Below, piece after piece: positions 61,375-64,000 of a stretch of 64,000 bases of DNA (the first letter of the stretch is position 1; every line of letters begins with the position of its first letter). Both the position numbers and the translations under genes were made by a program. Origin of the DNA: an uncultured Collinsella sp. (GTDB lineage Bacteria; Actinomycetota; Coriobacteriia; Coriobacteriales; Coriobacteriaceae); assembly GCA_900542125.1 (NCBI GenBank), contig UQMO01000001.1, positions 4,876 to 68,875 on the forward strand. The letters run 5' to 3'. The notes under the pieces were generated by a model. It did not search any database. It was not told the origin of the DNA and saw only the letters and a program-made list of their open reading frames with translations.

Positions 61375-61809
61375 TTACAAAAGCGCGGCCTTAATGGCGG
61401 GGCTTTCTGCGAGCTGCTCGGCTGCCTTTTCGTCGGAGCTGTCGAGCGCGGCCAGGCTGCGGTAGACCCACTCGTTGACCTGGGTGTTCTTGACGCCTGC
61501 GGTCTGCATAAGGGCGCCTACCTCGCGGATTGCTGCGAACAGATCGGCTTTGGGACCCGCGAGCTCGACCTCGACGCCGTGGTAGGCGGTCACGCCGCGG
61601 TTTTCGCTCACGTGGTCGATAAAGCCCTCGACGGTCTCAAGCCGCTGGGCGAGAGCTGCATTATCGTCGGCGTCCAGCGCGACGAGTGCGTTCGATACCG
61701 TGAGGGCGGGATGTCCGCAGGGGACAAAGCCTTCGATGACATCCATAGCTTCGGTAATGGTTGAGCCCAGGCCTGCGAGGGCATTGACGAGTTGCTGTTT
61801 GGTATCCAT
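61375..61809 (-). CDS. Hypothetical protein
   Basis: 144-aa ORF with RBS GAAAGGA and host-like codon usage. Confidence 0.75.
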   Translation of the reverse strand: MDTKQQLVNALAGLGSTITEAMDVIEGFVPCGHPALTVSNALVALDADDNAALAQRLETVEGFIDHVSENRGVTAYHGVEVELAGPKADLFAAIREVGALMQTAGVKNTQVNEWVYRSLAALDSSDEKAAEQLAESPAIKAALL

Positions 61810-62048
61810 GACGGTCCTTTCGACGGGTCAATTTTGCTTGGCGAAAATATACGTGACGCGATCGGTAGCAAAAGTGTGAAGTGCGGCGCACATTGGGGTC
61901 TTCACAGCTCGTGCATAGAACAGCTGTCTACCTTTAGAACGTGGTAAGATAGCTATCCACGAGCGGGGTTCACCCCGCGTGTTCCTTGAAAAGTCGACGG
62001 TTATCGGGTGTTTGCAGACCCGATACCATCCAGACTTTCCCAACATTC

Positions 62049-62412
62049 GGGGGCGACTGGTTTCGACACGATAGCCCTGAGAGAGGAAGCAAGCCGAGGT
62101 CTCCTCGCCTCGTTAAACAGGGGTACCGTCAAATTGAATTGACAACAACTCTTCTTTTGAGCCTATGGCTCTCGCTGCTTAGTTTATAGCGGCGCGTCAA
62201 CCCGGTGATTTCCCCGACACCGGCGCGACGTCATTTTAGGGGAATGCTCCCGCGCACGTAATCGGTATGGCGCGGGCTAAGACCGAACCGGTTGGGATGC
62301 CGCGAGCGTGTCGCTGCGCGCAAAGCGTCCGAGACTAAACCAGCGACTGAGCTTGGAGATGCCAATCAGGGGGCTTTCGTGGACCGGAGTTCGATTCTCC
62401 GCGCCTCCACCA
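62049..62412 (+). ncRNA. ssrA: tmRNA; tag peptide (A)DNNSSFEPMALAA at 62141-62182
   Basis: 5' GGGGGCGACTGGTTTCGAC and 3' GGAGTTCGATTCTCCGCGCCTCCACCA; acceptor stem with G3-U; internal reading frame ending ALAA-stop. Confidence 0.95.
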
Positions 62413-62420
62413 TAAGTAAC

Positions 62421-62458
62421 AGGCAGGTAGATACTCATATCTACCTGCCTTTTTATTT
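62421..62458 (+). terminator. tmRNA terminator
   Basis: AGGCAGGTAGATA-CTCA-TATCTACCTGCCT followed by TTTTATTT. Confidence 0.85.
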
Positions 62459-62530
62459 CTAGTCCGTACCGCGGAGAATCGAACTCTGTGCAGGGCGCGG
62501 GCGTAAAGAAAACGCCTCAGTGACGCAGAG

Positions 62531-62731
62531 TGGGGCGTGCTTTCCCAATGGCAGCCCAGGCGGAAAGCACGTCCCGGAATTCACGCTCAGACTGGGACGT
62601 AGTTTCCGGATGACACATCAAGCGGAAGGCGCGTCCCGGAATCTAAGCGGGAAATGGGATTCATTTTCCTGATGACGGGCTCAGCGGAAAATGAGACCCG
62701 GAATTTGCTCTGAGAATGGGACACACTTTCC
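62531..62731. repeat. Degenerate array with exact 62-bp period, each unit a hairpin
   Basis: TGGG starts at 62531, 62593, 62655 and 62717; arms GGGR......TTCC / GGAA.......CCC followed by GGAAT. Confidence 0.8.
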
Positions 62732-62818
62732 GCTTCACCTGCCGCCTCGAAAAAACCGCGCGCTCGCCATCCCAAAACTGGGTAGAAGAAGGCCAAAACG
62801 CAATCGCAGGAGGTCAAT

Positions 62819-63697
62819 ATGACTGCAGAAGATAAGGCAAAGAACGCCGGCAAGGTCGCGCTCGTTTTGGAGGGCGGCAGCTTCCGCGGGCAGTTTACCG
62901 CGGGCGTGCTCGACGTTCTCATGGAGGCCGGTGTCGAGATTCCGGCTGTCTACGGTGTATCGGCCGGCGCTCTCAACGGCGTGAACTACAAGTCGCACCA
63001 GATCGGCCGTGCCAACCGCATCAACCTGGCTTTCTGCAACGATAGCCGCTTCATGGGCGCCGCATCGTTTGCGTCCACGGGCTCCATTGTGGGTTACGAC
63101 TTTATCTTCAACGATGTCCAGGACCGCCTGGATCCCTTTGACAGCGAGACGTTCGACGCGAGCCCCATCGAGATGTTCGCCGTCGCGACGGACATGCTCT
63201 TTGGAACCGCCACGTATCTCCCGGTCAAAAGCGCCGTGCTTGACCTCGATGCCGTGCGCGCCTCGACGTCGCTGCCGCTGGTGACGCCGCCGGTCGAGAT
63301 TGACGGGCACAAATACGTCGACGGCGGCGTGGCCGATTCGGTCCCCATCGAGCACGTGCTGGAGGAGGCGGGCTTCGACCGTGCGGTCGTCATCGTCACG
63401 CAGGACCGTTCGTATGAGAAAAAGCCCTACGAGTTTTTGCCGGCCGCGCGTGCGCGTTATGCCGACTACCCCTATCTGCTCGAGGCTATCGAGACACGCC
63501 ACGACCGTTACAACATCCAGCGCATGCACCTGTGGAAGTATGAGCGCGAGGGCCGTGCGTTGGTCGTCGCTCCGCAAAAGCCGGTCGAGGTCGGCCATGT
63601 CGAGCACGATTCGGCAAAGCTCCTCGACCTGTATATCCAGGGCCGTCAGGAGGCAAAGCGCCTGCTCGCGGAAATACAAGAGTTCGTTGAGCGCTAA
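62819..63697 (+). CDS. Patatin-like phospholipase family protein
   Basis: LEGGSFRG, GVSAG nucleophile elbow, DGG motif; RBS AGGAGG. Confidence 0.9.
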   Translation: MTAEDKAKNAGKVALVLEGGSFRGQFTAGVLDVLMEAGVEIPAVYGVSAGALNGVNYKSHQIGRANRINLAFCNDSRFMGAASFASTGSIVGYDFIFNDVQDRLDPFDSETFDASPIEMFAVATDMLFGTATYLPVKSAVLDLDAVRASTSLPLVTPPVEIDGHKYVDGGVADSVPIEHVLEEAGFDRAVVIVTQDRSYEKKPYEFLPAARARYADYPYLLEAIETRHDRYNIQRMHLWKYEREGRALVVAPQKPVEVGHVEHDSAKLLDLYIQGRQEAKRLLAEIQEFVER

Positions 63698-63829
63698 CGA
63701 CGGCGAACCCTCAAAAAATGGCAACAGCTAAAGAGCTGGAAAATCACGGCTCGTGGATGACATGTGCAGAAACTCTGGTCGGAGCCAAAATACCTGTTGA
63801 CTCGTACGGCGAGCGGGGTAATATGGACG

Positions 63830-63865
63830 GGTTACTTGCAGAGCCCCGTGAATCTCTGTAACAAC
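63830..63865 (+). promoter_or_regulatory. Possible ribosomal protein L13 leader hairpin
   Basis: TTGCAGAG-CCCCGTGAAT-CTCTGTAA stem-loop in the rplM 5' UTR, downstream of a TTGACT...TAATAT promoter candidate. Confidence 0.45.
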
Positions 63866-63890
63866 ACGTACTGTACATGGAGGAGTCTAA

Positions 63891-64000
63891 GTGATTTCGA
63901 AATCGACTCACTACGCCAAGCAGGGCGAGGTCCAGCGCAACTGGGTTCTCGTCGACGCCGATGGTGCTGTCCTGGGCCGTCTTGCCACCCAGATCGCAAT
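63891..64000 (+). CDS. rplM: 50S ribosomal protein L13 (5' partial)
   Basis: GTG after GGAGGAG; manual translation [36 protein letters not shown]; not in the ORF track. Confidence 0.93.
   Translation, partial: MISKSTHYAKQGEVQRNWVLVDADGAVLGRLATQIA

Noticed and set aside
62531..62731. Possible CRISPR array
   Set aside because: No identical repeats with unique spacers and no cas genes; kept as a hairpin array instead.
62413..62818. Integrated element at the tmRNA att site
   Set aside because: No integrase and no direct repeat of the ssrA 3' end seen in the window; patatin and rplM follow directly.

Overview
High-GC chromosomal window that looks like a gut Coriobacteriia actinobacterium (Collinsella-like; inferred from gene content and codon style, not from a database search). 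Housekeeping genes are aspS, serB, htrA, ligA, moaA, a moaC-mobB fusion, gatCAB, tmRNA and the 5' part of rplM. Other loci: a lactate racemase cluster (larA, larD, TetR, short larC, larB; no larE in the window), iron/metal uptake genes (feoA-feoA-feoB, an AraC plus heterodimeric ABC pair, an SCA-motif P1B ATPase) that share a candidate 20-bp repressor box, an old-yellow-enzyme oxidoreductase, two protein TA pairs, MATE/MerR, a sortase-C pilus locus and a low-GC insert encoding a Tat-exported cysteine-peptidase-like protein. No CRISPR array, rRNA, tRNA or transposase was found. Most notable: (1) a dispersed 65-bp palindrome family, two copies of which bracket an AbiEi-like/Vsr-DUF559-like nuclease gene, resembling a RAYT/REPIN arrangement without an HUH transposase; (2) a 50-aa membrane-peptide gene inside the pilus locus whose 5' and 3' UTRs base-pair, as in type I toxin mRNAs; (3) a glutamine synthetase homolog missing key catalytic residues, placed before a GlnR-like regulator behind a GlnR box; (4) several families of paired inverted repeats and helically phased arrays.
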